NCBI GenBank assembly: GCA_025786725.1
Contig: JAHLTZ010000007.1
Coordinates: 62,001-126,000 of the forward strand
From: Syncephalis fuscata S228
Lineage: Eukaryota > Fungi > Zoopagomycota
Length of the DNA stretch: 64,000 bases
Direction of reading: 5' to 3'
Shown here in pieces: positions 37,494-54,227 of this stretch. Made by a program: the position numbers and the translations under genes. How positions within the stretch are numbered: the stretch's first letter is position 1; each line of letters opens with the position of its first letter. The notes under the pieces are model-generated. The model had not been told where the DNA came from. It made no database searches and was given only the letters and a program-made list of their open reading frames with translations.

Positions 37494-40400
37494 TTAATCA
37501 TCATCACGATTGGTTCGTGACTTTTTAGATCTAGATTCACCGCCACCTCTCGTTTTACGCTTTTCTGCCTTACTTTCCTCACGGAAGTAATCTTTACGAT
37601 CGCGTTTAACACGAGCCATACGTTTTGATTCATCTTTTTCACGGCTTCGCTGGGTTTCTTCACGTTTTGTGGCCTTTTGTACTTTACGTTTACGATCCTT
37701 TTCTTTGCGTAATGTTTGTATTTGTTGTAACATACTAACAATATCACGTTCCTTTGGCTCCATAATTACTGCCAAACGTTTATCAAGTTTAGCCGATGCA
37801 GCCTTCTTCTTCATCAATTTGGGTTTTGAAGCAAATGGCAAATCAGATTGTAATCCCTTTGGAATACGTAATGGATTGAATTTACGTGGTGCTCTTTCAA
37901 TTGTCTAATAAAAATTAATATTAGAACTAGTCAATATGATCAAATGGCATAATTACTTACTTTGTAGGATGAATCGGCTTTGTGCGGTACAGCTTGTCCA
38001 GCTTCATAACGAACCTGGGCAATAGGTCTTACACCTTGCCAGCTCTTCTTATCCGATAATAGTAGCGATGTTACAGGATTACAGTATTTCTTTGGTCGAA
38101 CACCGTACCATGTACGTAGAAATACAATATCGCTCATCAACGGCTTATCCTCGAATGTTGCCGGTAACAGCCTGGCTTATTATTGATCGCCTTCTTAATT
38201 TGACCACGAATACCACTGACCGTACGGATTTGTGCACCTTCAAACTTGGTCACTTCAAGAGGTGAATTAAACATGCCCTTGATAAATGCCGAGTTTTTGT
38301 AAATCTTGTAAGGCGTGCCTGTAAGTTTTAATTTCTTAACAATTTCTGTCGATTGATTAATATCAAGTACAACACCCGTGGCACTAATCCTAAACGATGC
38401 CTATAATGATATAAATAAATAATTAACTAATTAACTAACTAATTAATTTAAATATACTTACTTTGTTTTGTGACATAGATTGTACAGCACAAAAACCAGT
38501 ACTAGGTGCCGTCATTGGACCTGAATAAACAACAATATTAATGTTAATGTTAACAAATCTCTATTGCTATATAGCTTACCATAGAAAGTGGCAAGACAAT
38601 GCATATGTTCTGGTGTATATTTAAGCATACGATTACGTGTACCATCATCAAGTGAATAAAGTGGAATCGATTGGAATCGACGCCAACCAATTGAAAAGAT
38701 TAATGGATCATTGGTCTTTAAAATCTTGGGATGCCAACGATGCCGTTTAATACGAACCTATTCATTATTATAATATTTAATTAATATTATACCTAGCCAA
38801 TTAACCAATCACCTACTTGTACAAATCCAAATGACTCCTCTGATGGCAACAATCCACCCAGTACAACTGGATAGGATGGATTAAAATGTGTAACAAATTC
38901 ACAAGGCATTGATTTAACCAGTACACGCACATATGTGCCTGGCATATATCCTTGTACAGCAGCCCGTATTTCTGGGTCATCTTCTTCAAATTCTTGAATA
39001 TTAAGGGCCAATTGTTTACTAATCTCATCTTTGGCTTGTTCATACAAATCTTGTTTCTCTTCTTCATCCCATGCATCATCGTATTCAGCATCAAATCGTC
39101 TCTTTAAATCTTCTTTCTTTTTCTCAAGTTTGGCACGGTCACGATCTGCTTCGTCAACTTCTTCGCCCTCGTCTTCATCTTCATCGTCTTCATTGCTACT
39201 ATTGTCTTCATCTTCATTTTCTTCATCTTCTTCGTCTTCATTATCAATCTCTTCAGCCAAGAATCGACCACGTAATAAAGTAGATATCTAATAATAGTAA
39301 TATATTTATTAATATATTTATTAATATATTATATATGAATTACTTACATCATGTCGTTCTTTCCAACTGTCCAAATCATTAGTAGATGGTACAATCTTGC
39401 CCGTATCAGTTGAATATGGTGTTTGAGATGTTACTCTACAAAAGAATCCTTCTTCTTCATTTTGTTCATTATTATCTGTATCTAATAGTAAACAAGCCGT
39501 GGCATCGACTCTTCTTCATCTTCATTATAAATCATTTGCATAACAGATTTGGAGCGTTTTCTCTTTTGGAATAGTTGACCTGCTCGTTCTTCAATATTCT
39601 TCTTCCATCGAAGATTGCCTTCTAATGTATCCTCCTCTTCCTCCTCCTCCTCCTCCTCTTCGTCATCATCGTCCTCTTCTTCGTCTTCACTATTTAATGT
39701 TGCTAAATTCTCTTCATCATCTGAATCCATTTCCAATTCACTATCTGTATCAGCATATGGAATAACTTCATCATTATCACTAGTATCAATATTCTCTTTG
39801 GACATGTTCATATCATCAGTACTACGAATACCACCAGAAATATAACCTTCTTCATCGTCACTTTCCATTTCAATATCGTCTTCATCTTCTTCATTGATAT
39901 CACCATCTTTATCGTCATTATTAAACATAAGACGTCGTTCTCTTGTTTGTTTAATATCTGATGCTTTCATAGGTGCTGTATCAGCAAATACACGTAATTC
40001 TGCCCCTTCTAATTGTTCAGCCAATGTTGTCTGTGCTTCTTGTAAATCCACTACCATCTTTACACCAGGCGTTACTGTCTCTCCAGTATAGCCATCGGCA
40101 TTACTGTCACCACTAATGTTAACTTTAGAAAATGTATTTGTAACATCAATATAGACGGCATCTTTATCAACCATAATACCGCCAATATCTGACATGGGAG
40201 CATGAATAAGCTTTTGGCGTTCACTTAGACGCTTTCGCACTTTATCAGGCAATGGACATGGATCAGTTAAAGCGCTAATATCATCTAGAGAAAAGTCACC
40301 GGCGCCAGGAATATGGACCTATTATATATGTATATAATATATATCAATATGTATTAATACACTCCAATATAATGTATTATATCGTTACCTTTGTATTCTT

Positions 40401-41524
40401 TTTAAAATGAGTACCTCTTAAATAGCCATAGAGTGTAACAGTACGATCACATTTAGGATTCTTACGAATTGCTTCAGGATCTGTTAAATCTTCTACTCGA
40501 TCAGCTAAAAAGTATGGATGTGTATTGCGCCAAATTAATGGACGGAATTTCATAACTGAAATGAATCGACATAAATTCATGATTTCATTGTTGGGATAGC
40601 GTCCATTAATAACACCAGAAAATAGAATAATTTGGCACCTTGATAGATTTCGGTCCAGAATCGACGTTTCATGGTCTTTTTTACTACGCTTACTCGTTTA
40701 GCGGATTTAATTTCGTCTAAATGAGTAAGTACACCCATAATACGTGGGAATCCATGTGTATGTAGAATATTAAGGAATTCAAATGTTTCCTATAATTAAA
40801 TATAATTAATTACGGTATATTAATAGGTTTAACATATTCAATTACCATCTCAAATCCAAAACTGGCATCAATAGTTAGTAGAACAAGGTCGGCTATTTTA
40901 GCCACATCAATCATAGCATTCATATCATTAACACATTCAATAAATGTTAAACGGCGTTTTTTTCCTATTAATTACAAATAAATATTAATTAAATACTAAT
41001 GGTTGGATCGATTATGTAACACTTACCACTAACAACTGTAATAGGCCTTTGATTTCACCAACTGAATGTTTTGTATATTTCTTAACTAATGATCGAATAA
41101 GTGTCGTTTTACCCGACTATATACAATATAAATAGTATAATAATGTATTGTAATATTGATTAGTAATAATTACTATATACAATTATAATATATAATACCT
41201 GAGGTGGTCCTACAATAGCAATAATAACTGGTGGTGGTTCAATAGGTGTTCGATCAACCAATGCAACGTGTAGCTTCTTTTCTGCCAAGTCTTGATTACG
41301 ACGAGCAACTTTCTCAGCTGTATGGCCTGATCGCAAAGCAAACGCCTACTCCAACCCAGTATATTTATGTATTTACGTATTTACATATATTAGCTTTAGA
41401 GTATTTTATCTATCTACCAGCTTTATACCTTAACATTCTTTGCATTGGCGTGTGGTCTTTTAGCCTTCTCGGCCTTGGGACCGGCCATTTTGACCCGATG
41501 AGGCTTTTTTGCGCGATCTTCCAT
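37494..41524 (-). CDS. BMS1: Ribosome biogenesis GTPase Bms1
   Basis: [59 protein letters not shown] and [10 protein letters not shown]. Confidence 0.96.
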
Positions 41525-41788
41525 GTTGACCCTAATATATAAGTGTATATACGCGTATCACCAAATAAAAAAGACCGTTCACCGTTAACAAGTCTTACAC
41601 AAAACGAAACGAAGCGATACGAGACGGAATGTGAAAGAAAAAGTTAGACGAGATGAGGAAAAAAAAGAAAAAAAGAAAAATCCGAACCTAATAATTTAAT
41701 TAAATCAAATCAAATCCATTCATATCCATACGTCATCTTATATTACACTTGTTTCCTACTTTTCTCTGTTCATCCAACGAATGTCAAT

Positions 41789-43379
41789 ATGTCAAGTTTA
41801 CAACGCAAGATATTTAAAGCAGTTAATGCAATTCCAGAAAATGAAGAACCTGAAGTGTCTACTCAAGAAGATAAAGAGATAAACAAGTAAGCTGATAATT
41901 GAATAGAATAAATAGTATATTTATATTATATATATATAGTCAATTAACTGGCGAACAAGAACAAGAAACCTCACATAAAAATCATAAAAACAACACTTTA
42001 GTTGAATGGCAAACCTTTTTTGATAACAAACGACAAATCATTGCCAATGATGGCAGTATATTTTGTATCTATGAGACACATGCTACTAATAACATTGATA
42101 ACAACAGTACAACAAATCCATCACCACCACCACTATTTATATTCCATCATGGAGCAGGTCAATCAGCATTATCATTTGCTTTAACGGTAAAAGAGTTAAA
42201 GAAACGATTGAATAACCAGTGTTCAATTGTATGTTATGATTGTCGTGGACATGGTAAGTAATAGGATCTATTTAGACTTTTATCATAAATACCATTCATT
42301 AGGTGATACCTATACAAAGAATGACACTCTATTGAGTTTATCACAACTTACAGAAGATTTAGCCTTAATTGTTCGTAATGTACATACAAATACAAAACAG
42401 TCTATGGTATTAATTGGACATAGGTAATTAATGAATACTGTAAATATTAATCAATATTAATCAATATTAATCAATATATATATATATATATGTATAATGG
42501 TTCATTAGTATGGGCGGTGCTGTAGTGGCTGATGCCGTATCGCGCAAACTAATTACCAATCTGACTGGGGTTGTTGTACTTGATGTCGTTGAAGGTATTA
42601 ATTACATAAATCTATAATACAATATATTTATATTTAATTCAAATAGGTAGTGCCATAGAATCACTTGCTTATATGTCGGCATTTATTCAATCACGTCCAA
42701 CAATATTTGATACACTTGAGGATGCTATTCGTTGGAGGTAATGTCAACAACAATACTAGTAACAGCAATACTAATAAATGCGTCATTTATAGTATACGTT
42801 CAGGCGGTGTACGTAATATTGGATCAGCTCGTATTTCTATACCTCCACTACTTTGTCCATCTAATAATAATGATACACAACACCCAAATAATACAACATG
42901 GCAATGGAGAACTGATCTAACGCCTACAAAGCCTTATTGGACAGGTATTTATGATATATATATATACTATATTTATATTTACAATAATTAGAATGGTTTA
43001 ACGGATTATCTGAGAAATTCCTTAAATGTCCCACTGCTCGTCTATTAGTACTAGCAGGTATTTATTTATTTATTTATTATTCATATTAATAGATGCTAAT
43101 ATGTTATATGTTATAGGTGCCGATCGTTTAGATAATACACTTATGATTGGACAGATGCAAGGTAAACTAAATAGAGTGAATAATAGCTTTTATTAATAAA
43201 ACGGTGAATTTATAGGCAAATTCCAACTATTGGTCTTTAATCAATCTGGCCATCATATACAAGAAGATGTACCGGATCGTTTAGCAGAGGCATTAGTGGA
43301 ATTCCAACATCGATATCAACCATTGAACATGCCCATTAAACGATTCCCTATTCCAATGCCTACAACTAATAAACCATAA
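41789..43379 (+). CDS. PPE1: Protein phosphatase methylesterase 1
   Basis: FHHGAGQSALSFA, YDCRGHG, GHSMGG, VLDVVEGSA, LMIGQMQGKFQL and GHHIQEDVP. Confidence 0.93.
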
Positions 43380-43406
43380 CTATGAATTGCTATTATTAAT
43401 ACACAT

Positions 43407-43462
43407 AAATAAATAAATAATCAAATAAATAATCAAATAAATAATCAAATAAATAATCAAAT
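43407..43462. repeat. Short tandem repeat (AAATAAATAATC)n
   Basis: About 4 copies between PPE1 and the GCFC-like gene. Confidence 0.8.
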
Positions 43463-43510
43463 ATTTTAATTGAAACCATTCGTGTCACCACTTTTACTTA
43501 CTTGTTCACC

Positions 43511-46184
43511 ATGAATCCATTATTACCTGTAGTAAAGAAGAAAGATGCCAGTAAGAAGAAGAATAAAAAGAAGGAAAAGACTACTTTGTCGTTTAATCTA
43601 GATGAGGTAAGTAGTACTGAAAGAATACGAATCTTGTAAGTCTATAGCTTCTTGTAATGACACGGTATATATAGGAGGGTAATGAAGAGGTATTTCAGCT
43701 TAAAAAGAATGTGGTAAGCACAGTAGCCACAGATAATCAGCGAGAAGCGTAAGTAAAAGATACAACAGTTATAATGGATAGCGTAATGAATAGATTACAA
43801 TATATTATAGGACAGAAACAGTACAAGTCAACAAGAGTAAAAATAAATTGGCACCATCAACATCGGTGGCATCTCTGTATGGATACGATCCAACATTACA
43901 TCAACGACAACAAGACGCATCTATTAATGAAGATGAATTAGAGGGTATTCCAGATGCAGCGGCTATTAATGCGGCAAAGAAACAACGGGCTCATCGACGT
44001 AAAATGGCTGATTGGAAACATTCAGTGCTTGTAGGCGATCAAGATACTGAAGATCATATTAGTTTTCTAGTTACTGGTAAATAGAATATAGTAAACAGTC
44101 ATTAGTATTAACTATGAATATCAATAGACGACAAGAATAAGACAAAAGAGAAACAACATAGTGATGCAGTGGCAAGTGCATTAGAAGATGCAGCGATGCA
44201 AGAATCGTAAGTGAATAATTAAATACGAACAATTAAATATTAATAAATGTTATTTAGTGAAGCATCAGATGCAGAAGAATTTAATGCTTATGAAAATCAA
44301 TTAATTCATCGAGCAATGTCTAAACAGCAAAAGAGTAAGTTAATAATGGGATAAATATTAACTAATTAATTATTAATTATTAATTATTAATAGAACCTCA
44401 ACGAGCATCTAATTTACCACCTGTAGTTACTCCTGGTATGTATAAACAATGATTATAATAATTATGCTATATTATACTAATGATTAACAAATTGATAGTA
44501 CCAAGTGTTACAAGTTGTCCTACAGTTGATCAAGTTGCCAAACTGGTTAAATCCACAACTGATACAGTCAACCATCAATTGGCACAAGATGAAAGTGCAT
44601 TGGAGAAGGCCCGTATTAGTCGGGATCAAGCGCATACAGGTTTAGAAGCATTAAATGTCGAAACAGAGGCTTGTTGTGCACGATTTGAATTCTTTGAACA
44701 GTTTAAAGACTATGTCAATAATCTAGCTGATTTAATTGATACTAAAGTAAGTCTAATAGATATTATAAGATAATGCGTCTATACTAACTAAGCATTACTA
44801 ATGCAATTAATTAGATGCCAGCTTTAGAAGAATTAGAAACTAGAAAGAATTCTCTTTTAGAGAATATGGCTTCAAAAGCAATGGAACATGGCTCACTATT
44901 TTGTATGATACAGCACAGCCGATGATATAGATAATAGTAATAATAATTGTAAGTAATATATATATATATATATATATTGTGTGTGTGTGTATTTAAAAAT
45001 AGTAATGTAATAACATTAAACAATCATTTAGTCTTTGACGGTTTACATGCTGCATTGAAACAACAGTTTAATGATAATGAAGCGATGTTCAGTAAGTTAA
45101 AGTAAATATAAATAATTATGATTTTAATACTAAACTATTATTGTATATTAGCTGATATAACAAGTGAAGCAATAGTCTATTAGCTGATACAGATAATGAT
45201 TATAGTGTATGAAGGCAGCTCAAGAAAAGTTTGCTAGTTGGGCACAATCATATCCGATGAATATGCCACTGCATATATTGAATTATGCTTACCACCAATA
45301 TTTGATGCCTATATACGCTTAGAACTACTTCAATGGCTACCTTTTGAGGTAAATAACTTGTTGTTATACTAATATATTCATGTTACTTATTCATCAATAG
45401 AGTAAGAACACTCAGTTTTTTAAAGATATGGACTGGTTTCAAAAGATGGAACAAGCTGGTTATACAGAATTGAAAACATTAGTTGCTACGGTATTACGTA
45501 AATCAGTTATGCCACAAGGTAATAGTGTTGAATTAAGACGGTAATATATATATATATATATATACTAATAACATTATATTTATATAGTTATCTTTGGTGT
45601 ATATATACCTTATCTAGATTCACATACCCAATGGATACATGATTTACTTGTTTGGCTACGTAATTATGATGTAGTGCCCAAGAAGTTTACAGTAAGTCAT
45701 TGATGCTTATTAATACTTATTATATTTCTATAATACTAATACTGATCAATATAGAAACCATTAGAGGAACGAATACAAGCTTGTATTGATCAACATGCCG
45801 AATTATTACAACATTCTAATTTAAATCAACAAACACCTATATTGATCGAGATGAGCTGTGCAGTAAGTAGTAATAAATAGGTAAATACCATTAATAACTA
45901 ATTATATTTACGTTGTACTATAGTTATTAAGAAACATATGCCGTCTGGGTCATGAATCAATATTCTCGTCACTATCGGTCTATCTGGTAAAACTAATTGA
46001 TACATGTCGTCGTTATCAGCCTACAATTCTTCAATCAAATACATGGACTATGGTCAGTAGTCTAATATTACTATTATTGATTTATTATACATATACATTA
46101 ATGCTGTATTATTAGACATTGGCTTTAATGCCAGAAATATGGCGACAAGATACCGAGTTAATGAAAGCCATTTCTGCACCATAA
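43511..46184 (+). CDS. GCFC/PAXBP1/Ntr2-like spliceosome-associated protein
   Basis: GIPDAAAINAAKKQR, a coiled coil, and KFASWAQSYPDEYATAYIELCLPPIFDAYIRLELLQWLPF (GCFC domain). Many short exons. Confidence 0.8.
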
Positions 46185-46345
46185 ATTATAATTAATAATT
46201 GATATTAAAACAATACTTATCAATTAATAAGTAAATAAAACACTTGATTTACACTCTTTTACTCTTTTTTCGCTCTGTTGCTTCTTTTTTATTCGTTAAG
46301 GTTGTGTTATACACACAATATACTCATTTATAGTACTGCTGAAAT

Positions 46346-48192
<1,847 letters not shown>

Positions 48193-48435
48193 AATAAATA
48201 AGCTTGCAACCATTAATTATTATAACACTATGATATTGCTATATATTATTATTGATATTGATTTTACTACTGTAAACACACATATCATGTACACAAAACA
48301 ACACTACTGGAAATAGGAGGAAATAGATTGGAATGAACTCCAAAACATAACAATTAATAAGACTAATGTAACAGAGTAGGAGACACACCTATCGCCTAAT
48401 GCGCCTACTCTTTTTCTTCTCGCTTCTCTCCACTT

Positions 48436-51400
48436 CTAAGTAGGTATAGTTAGTGGATCTTCACCAAATACAACACTTTCAAGCCAGTAAATGGTGCCTT
48501 CAAACCATTTAGATCTTGCAGGGACCAGTGGTTCTTGTACGGCCCATACCGATTCACCAACAAATGGTTCACTAATTAATGGTGCTCTCCATAAGACACC
48601 AAATTTACCACCTGTTGGATCAAAGAATAGCGGTGCTGTTAATAGACCAAATAGATAAATGGTAATGGTTATTAGAAGCACTTGATGTATCTGGATAATA
48701 CGGAATTGTTTTGTAAAGTTATGCGGCATATAACTGGCCATTGTATCAGGTGCTTCAAGTTCAGAGACTCGCAAGTCATCGGTAACAGCATGCATCTTGC
48801 GGTCTTTCTCCCCATCAATACCGTGACCTTTAAGCGTTGTTGCTTGTTTGCCAGACTAGTAAACATTAGTATACTATTGAATGAATGAATGGATGGATTA
48901 CTAATGCAATTACCTTGTTTGATGGATTGCGAGAGATGACATCACTGCCAGCATGGGTAACCATCCATTGAGGGCCGCCATCTAACAATAGTTTAATTAA
49001 TTAGTTATGTAATTGTCTTAATAATAAATAATACTGACCTGGTGCGTGTTTCATCTCATTATTAATGGTCCATTATTGGGTCGTGTCTATTATAAATAGA
49101 TTATTAAATAAATCATTTAATAAAGTGTTGTTTAACTTACATTAGATGGTTTAAATCAGAGGGTAATACTATATAGTTAGACATAATTAGTTATAACACA
49201 ACATCTATATGACTAGTTCTACTTACACAACTCGCATTGAGTACCTTGTGTATGAATGATAGGACCAGTCGTGCCATTCTTACGCATCTTTTCCAATTGT
49301 AGTATCAGATTTTCTTTATCGTTATTGGCTTTTTGTAATTGACGACGTAGATCCTCTTGTACTATATATATATAATTATATAATCATATAATCATATTAT
49401 AATGCTTTAGATGTATTGATCAATTAATTGACCATTATTAAACTTACCACGGTTATTGTCAGACATTATACGATCTTTTTGCTGTTGTAATACTTCATTT
49501 TCATTTCGAAGTATATCAATATGATGATAAATGTCTCGATGCAACTAAAGTTACAAAGTAATTAATAGCAGGCTTATTAGTATTATTGCTATAGTAAATA
49601 ATAAAGCCTAATAACATACATGACCTTCCTCATGGATGGATGTATCGGCAGATTCTAAATAAACAAATTAAATAAGTTATTATTATTACTATTATTACTA
49701 TTTAGTAATAACTTACCTGTAGGATATTGGTTTACTTTATTTAATAATTCAACATTATCGGTATGACGCTTAATAAAGTATTTCTATTAGTATTTCTATT
49801 ATGTTGAATATAGAATACTTACTTGATTATTGGCATCAGTCTTTGTCTTGGGTAAGTTGTTGGTTAGAACGTCATCGTTATCAAAGCTTGAATTGCCTAT
49901 TTCCGATTTCAAATTCTATTTAGTATTGATACTAGATTAATTGTATATTCTTATAGTTATTCCACAGTAACCTACTCTTCCTGTTCGTGCTGCTTCAGCA
50001 GTAACAAGTCTGATTAAAAGGTTAAGATAGTAAACATATTAATAAACATATAAATGTAATTGGTTAATAAAGGATACGATGCTCGGCCTAAACTGTCCGG
50101 TATTTGAACAGGTGCTCTATTAGACCATGCCTCGTGTTCTGCCTTCATTTGCTTGACTATTCGTTTTAATTCTTGATTCTCTTTTTGTAACAATTCGTGT
50201 TCCCGTTCAAATTCCTGTGCACATATGACATCATTTTCTAAACGGCGTAATGCTCTTTCAAGCTGTAAACGTTCCTCGGCCGACTATAATGTAAAGACTC
50301 GTGTGTTAATTGTTTACCACTAATCAGTTGTTATAACGTACACGTCGTTGATCTGTTGCCAATTGTTCTATGCTACTCTCGGATGTTTGTAGCTCTTCGT
50401 CTTTAACTCTAAGTTGTGCAAATAGCTTTTCCTCATCCGCTATAACCATATTTAATATTAGTACAAATCATAATTGTATTTACAATTTATTACTTACCGC
50501 ATTTTTCTTCATATTGTGTTTTCATTTTAGTCAATTGACTTCGTAACACTTTGATATTCTTTGTATATTTCTGTGCCTCATTCTCTAGCTGTCAATTGCC
50601 ATTATATTATTATTATTGTGTGTTAATATGTTTATTCAACTTACCAAAGTAATTTGTTCACGATGGTGTTTTTCATTGCCTTGTAGTTCAAGTATGTGTC
50701 GCTTTTTAATACTAATAGCATTCTGCATCTCGTCCATCTTTTGTTGAAGTATGGCCACTGCTTCATCGTGTTGGCGGGCCATTGTACCAACGTGCTCTTC
50801 TGATTCTTTTTGACGTCGCTTATAATCAGCCATTTCTCGTCTTAAATTGGTTATTTCATTTACTAAATCCTATATTGGCAATTTATATGGTTAAATAGGC
50901 TATACTAGCCAATAAAATATAGCTACTAACTGCATGTGACATCTCTTCATCGCCTGGATAGTCCTCTGGTTCTTCCATGGTATTTGACATGAATTTAGCA
51001 CGGCGTGCCAAAACACCAGGTGATAAAGGCGAACTAGGTAGATTGGGCGAGTCGCTACGATGTCTGGAAAACATATTTGAATGTCTAGATTTTGTAGGTG
51101 ATTCCAAGTTCTATTTTCAACAGCCAATGACAAAATACATTAGTAATCTAGGAATATACGTGTACAATAAATTCATTTACATCAGTTGGCGACCGAAGTA
51201 GATCCCGTGCCAAGTATCGTCGACCAGTGCTATTTCTTCGATCTCTATACTGGCCTTCATCTTCAGAGCCAAAATACTCGTAATCGGCACCATTTGCTTG
51301 TTGTTGCTGTTGCTGTTTTGTCCATAGATCGGTGTTTGTTTTCTTTGAACCTGATTTTGGCAGTAGTGCGCCATATTCTCGACGTGATGACATAGGCGAT

Positions 51401-52033
51401 GACGGTGCCATACTATTTGGTCGAGGGATGCTTGAACGACCTTGCCCAGGTGTACCACCACGAGAAGCTGGTGATGCGGGCGCCAATTCTCGTAACTGAG
51501 GAATCAAATCAATTACTTGGCTCATAGTAATAGTAATATCTCCCTGAGCTTGAGCCATTGAATTAATCATATCCTTGGCCGGTTCGTTTAGTCTTAGTTT
51601 ACGCTCTTTGTCTAGCTGTGAAAATAATGGTCCAAGATCCGATGCCGTAATAACATTTTGATTATTATGAACTAATTTACCAAATAAATGGCGTACATGT
51701 TCAATCAGCTCGCCATCCTCTTCTGGATTCAAACCATCAGGAAAATATTCGCCAGGTGTGGGTGTATTGGCTCGATAAGCCGATGTCTAAGTCGTGCATC
51801 ATTATAATGGTCGGTTAATAAGGAGGTATTAACAATTAAAACATGTACTACGTGCTGTTTAGGCAGTTTCTCTTCATATAGTTATATATATAATATAATA
51901 TACTAATACTAATAACTAGTATTCTACTCGTTCATTAGGTTATAACACTTACCGTAGTGTTAGCGTCTGTTGTTGATGGCGCTGTTTTGGAATCATATTC
52001 CATATCTGATATTGGATCACCGCCCGTATCCAT
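48436..52033 (-). CDS. Coiled-coil, C-terminally anchored membrane protein; KASH/Kms1-like candidate
   Basis: N-terminal EF-hand-like segment, long coiled coil, one TM helix (VLLITITIYLFGLLTAPLFF) and a short tail ending PLTIPT-stop. Confidence 0.6.
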
Positions 52034-54227
52034 AATATTAGCCAATGCTGGTCTAGCTATGTTATCTTTTAATAATAAAAAAGCGACGTACACAGCGTCG
52101 TTGAGTGCAGTTCAGTGCCAATTGAAGTTACTAAGTAAATAATGGCAAGCGTAGATAATCGCCAATAACAACGCTAATAAAGGCTGCAGTAATATGTAGC
52201 TTCCCCCTCAATCGTTGTATGTTCAACGATTACAGATAGAAAAGAGAAAAGAAACAATAACAATAACAAAAAGTACAATCCAGTCAAGGCTTGTAAGACA
52301 AAAGACGTGACAAACTGTCGAAAATGACGCTTAAATATCGCGCAATAGACGTTGGTCGAAATGTAAACAATAACAATAATGATGGTGATCGATATACACA
52401 ATACTATCCGTCAGTGAAGAGTCTACGTTTAACAAGCGAGTTGATATAGGCAAGAAAAGTGGCCAGAATACAAGTAGTAGAAGTAGTAGAAGTAGGTTAG
52501 CTAGTATGGACGCGTAGATAAAAGTGGTATGGCAGGTCAAAGCGTCGATATATGCGTAGGCTATAATTCTGTATGTGTACCAATGGATGGTGTAAAAGGA
52601 ACAAGGTTGATGAATCAATTAGAGATGAAATTATATCGATATTCATACAACTAATCACTTATTATTATTATTATAGATTGAATACTTTTATGTTCTATTC
52701 ACTTTTCAACTATTAAATTAATTCAGCTTTTTATGCATTGTAATTATAAAGTATCCATTTGTATCATTATTATTTATAAATCGATACTATTGTCATACGT
52801 TTAACTCTAACCATAGAGTCATTTATTATAGCTATGCTCATAAACCTTGTACCAACATGCAGTATCGATCCACGTGATTAAACCAGCTGATATTTGAATT
52901 TAATTATGCGACTAACATCTACTTTAATCCCTCGGGGTAGTAAATCTTTTCTTACTAAAAGAAAATGAACCCGTGTTCTCGGCAGTGGTGGTGTTGGTCT
53001 GTCATTTCCATCACAGATTAAAGAGCTACTTTGACTCTCACATTTTGAGTCCTCAAAGCAAAACCCATTCCAATCAGAGTTATGCCGTTGTTATGCACAG
53101 CATAGTTATATCAATTCCTATTAAAATGTTGTTAATAAATTGATTTGAATAAATAATATGTTATATTATTTGATTTCTTTTAAACATTTGAAGCTAATTA
53201 TTATTGTTGTTGGCCATGTGTAGAAAGATTAATTGAATATTAATAAAAGCCATATGATTGCGATTCTATATCATTCTGCAGTTGTCGTTATTGTTACTAC
53301 GTACAGTGTGGATTATTGCGTCTAAATGATCTTTTTATTTTCTAATTTTTACTGTTGCATTTTAGGTATATTTGTAATGTAAGATACTCATTTATGGCGA
53401 CAAGAAGGTAGGATAAATAGCGTTCTAATGTCCACTATTCCCTTGAGCATTTTTGGTATCAACTTAGTAGATGCAGTTTATTTGCCAATCATTGATAAAG
53501 CAAATGGCTCCCCATATGCAATAATGATAGGTTGAGTTCTTCATCAGGAAGATCTTGTGGCGACAGTTGTAACCAGAAAAATACGGCATGCCGTTGAGGT
53601 TACTTGAACAGGTGTTGATGTAAATAAGAGAAATAAAGACTAGGATTGAATATGTTTTTATTAATATTCAAATACACATGCTATTTATATTGTATATTCA
53701 ACATCATCATGTAATATATTACTGAATAAAACAATAAGATAGCAATAGGAAAAGAAGAGTAAAATAAGTAAATAAAAAATATAGGTTGAAATACAATAGC
53801 TTTTTAATGTTAATCATTTATTATTAGACTCATGTGATTCAGTGTCAAAAGATCAAAGCTAACATCCTTTACTTGATTGAACTACACATCTGTTGTTCTA
53901 CTAAACATGGAACTGAATGGCGAGTGACATTAAATAGCAAACTATAATGCTTTGAATAATTTACAGCAACAATAATATGGATCAACATTTATCTATTCAT
54001 TATATTTTATTGTAAGTAACATGAAAATACTATTTAATATCTATTTTGATATTGAAAATAGTGCAAATTAATTAAGACTCTGATTGATTCAATCAAACTT
54101 GATATGACACTGCTTCAACAAATACCACTTCTCAGTAGTAAAGACTGATCGACGGTTTATTTGAGTTACGGGTCTTTTTATCCTTCAGTTTAAGGGTAGA
54201 GATTCAAAATGAAATAGCTCCTGTTAT

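Noticed and set aside
30660-40091. Ser-rich plus-strand ORFs (30660-30992, 39031-39291, 39615-39845)
   Set aside because: They are antisense shadows of Asp/Glu-rich coding tracts in YPD1 and BMS1.
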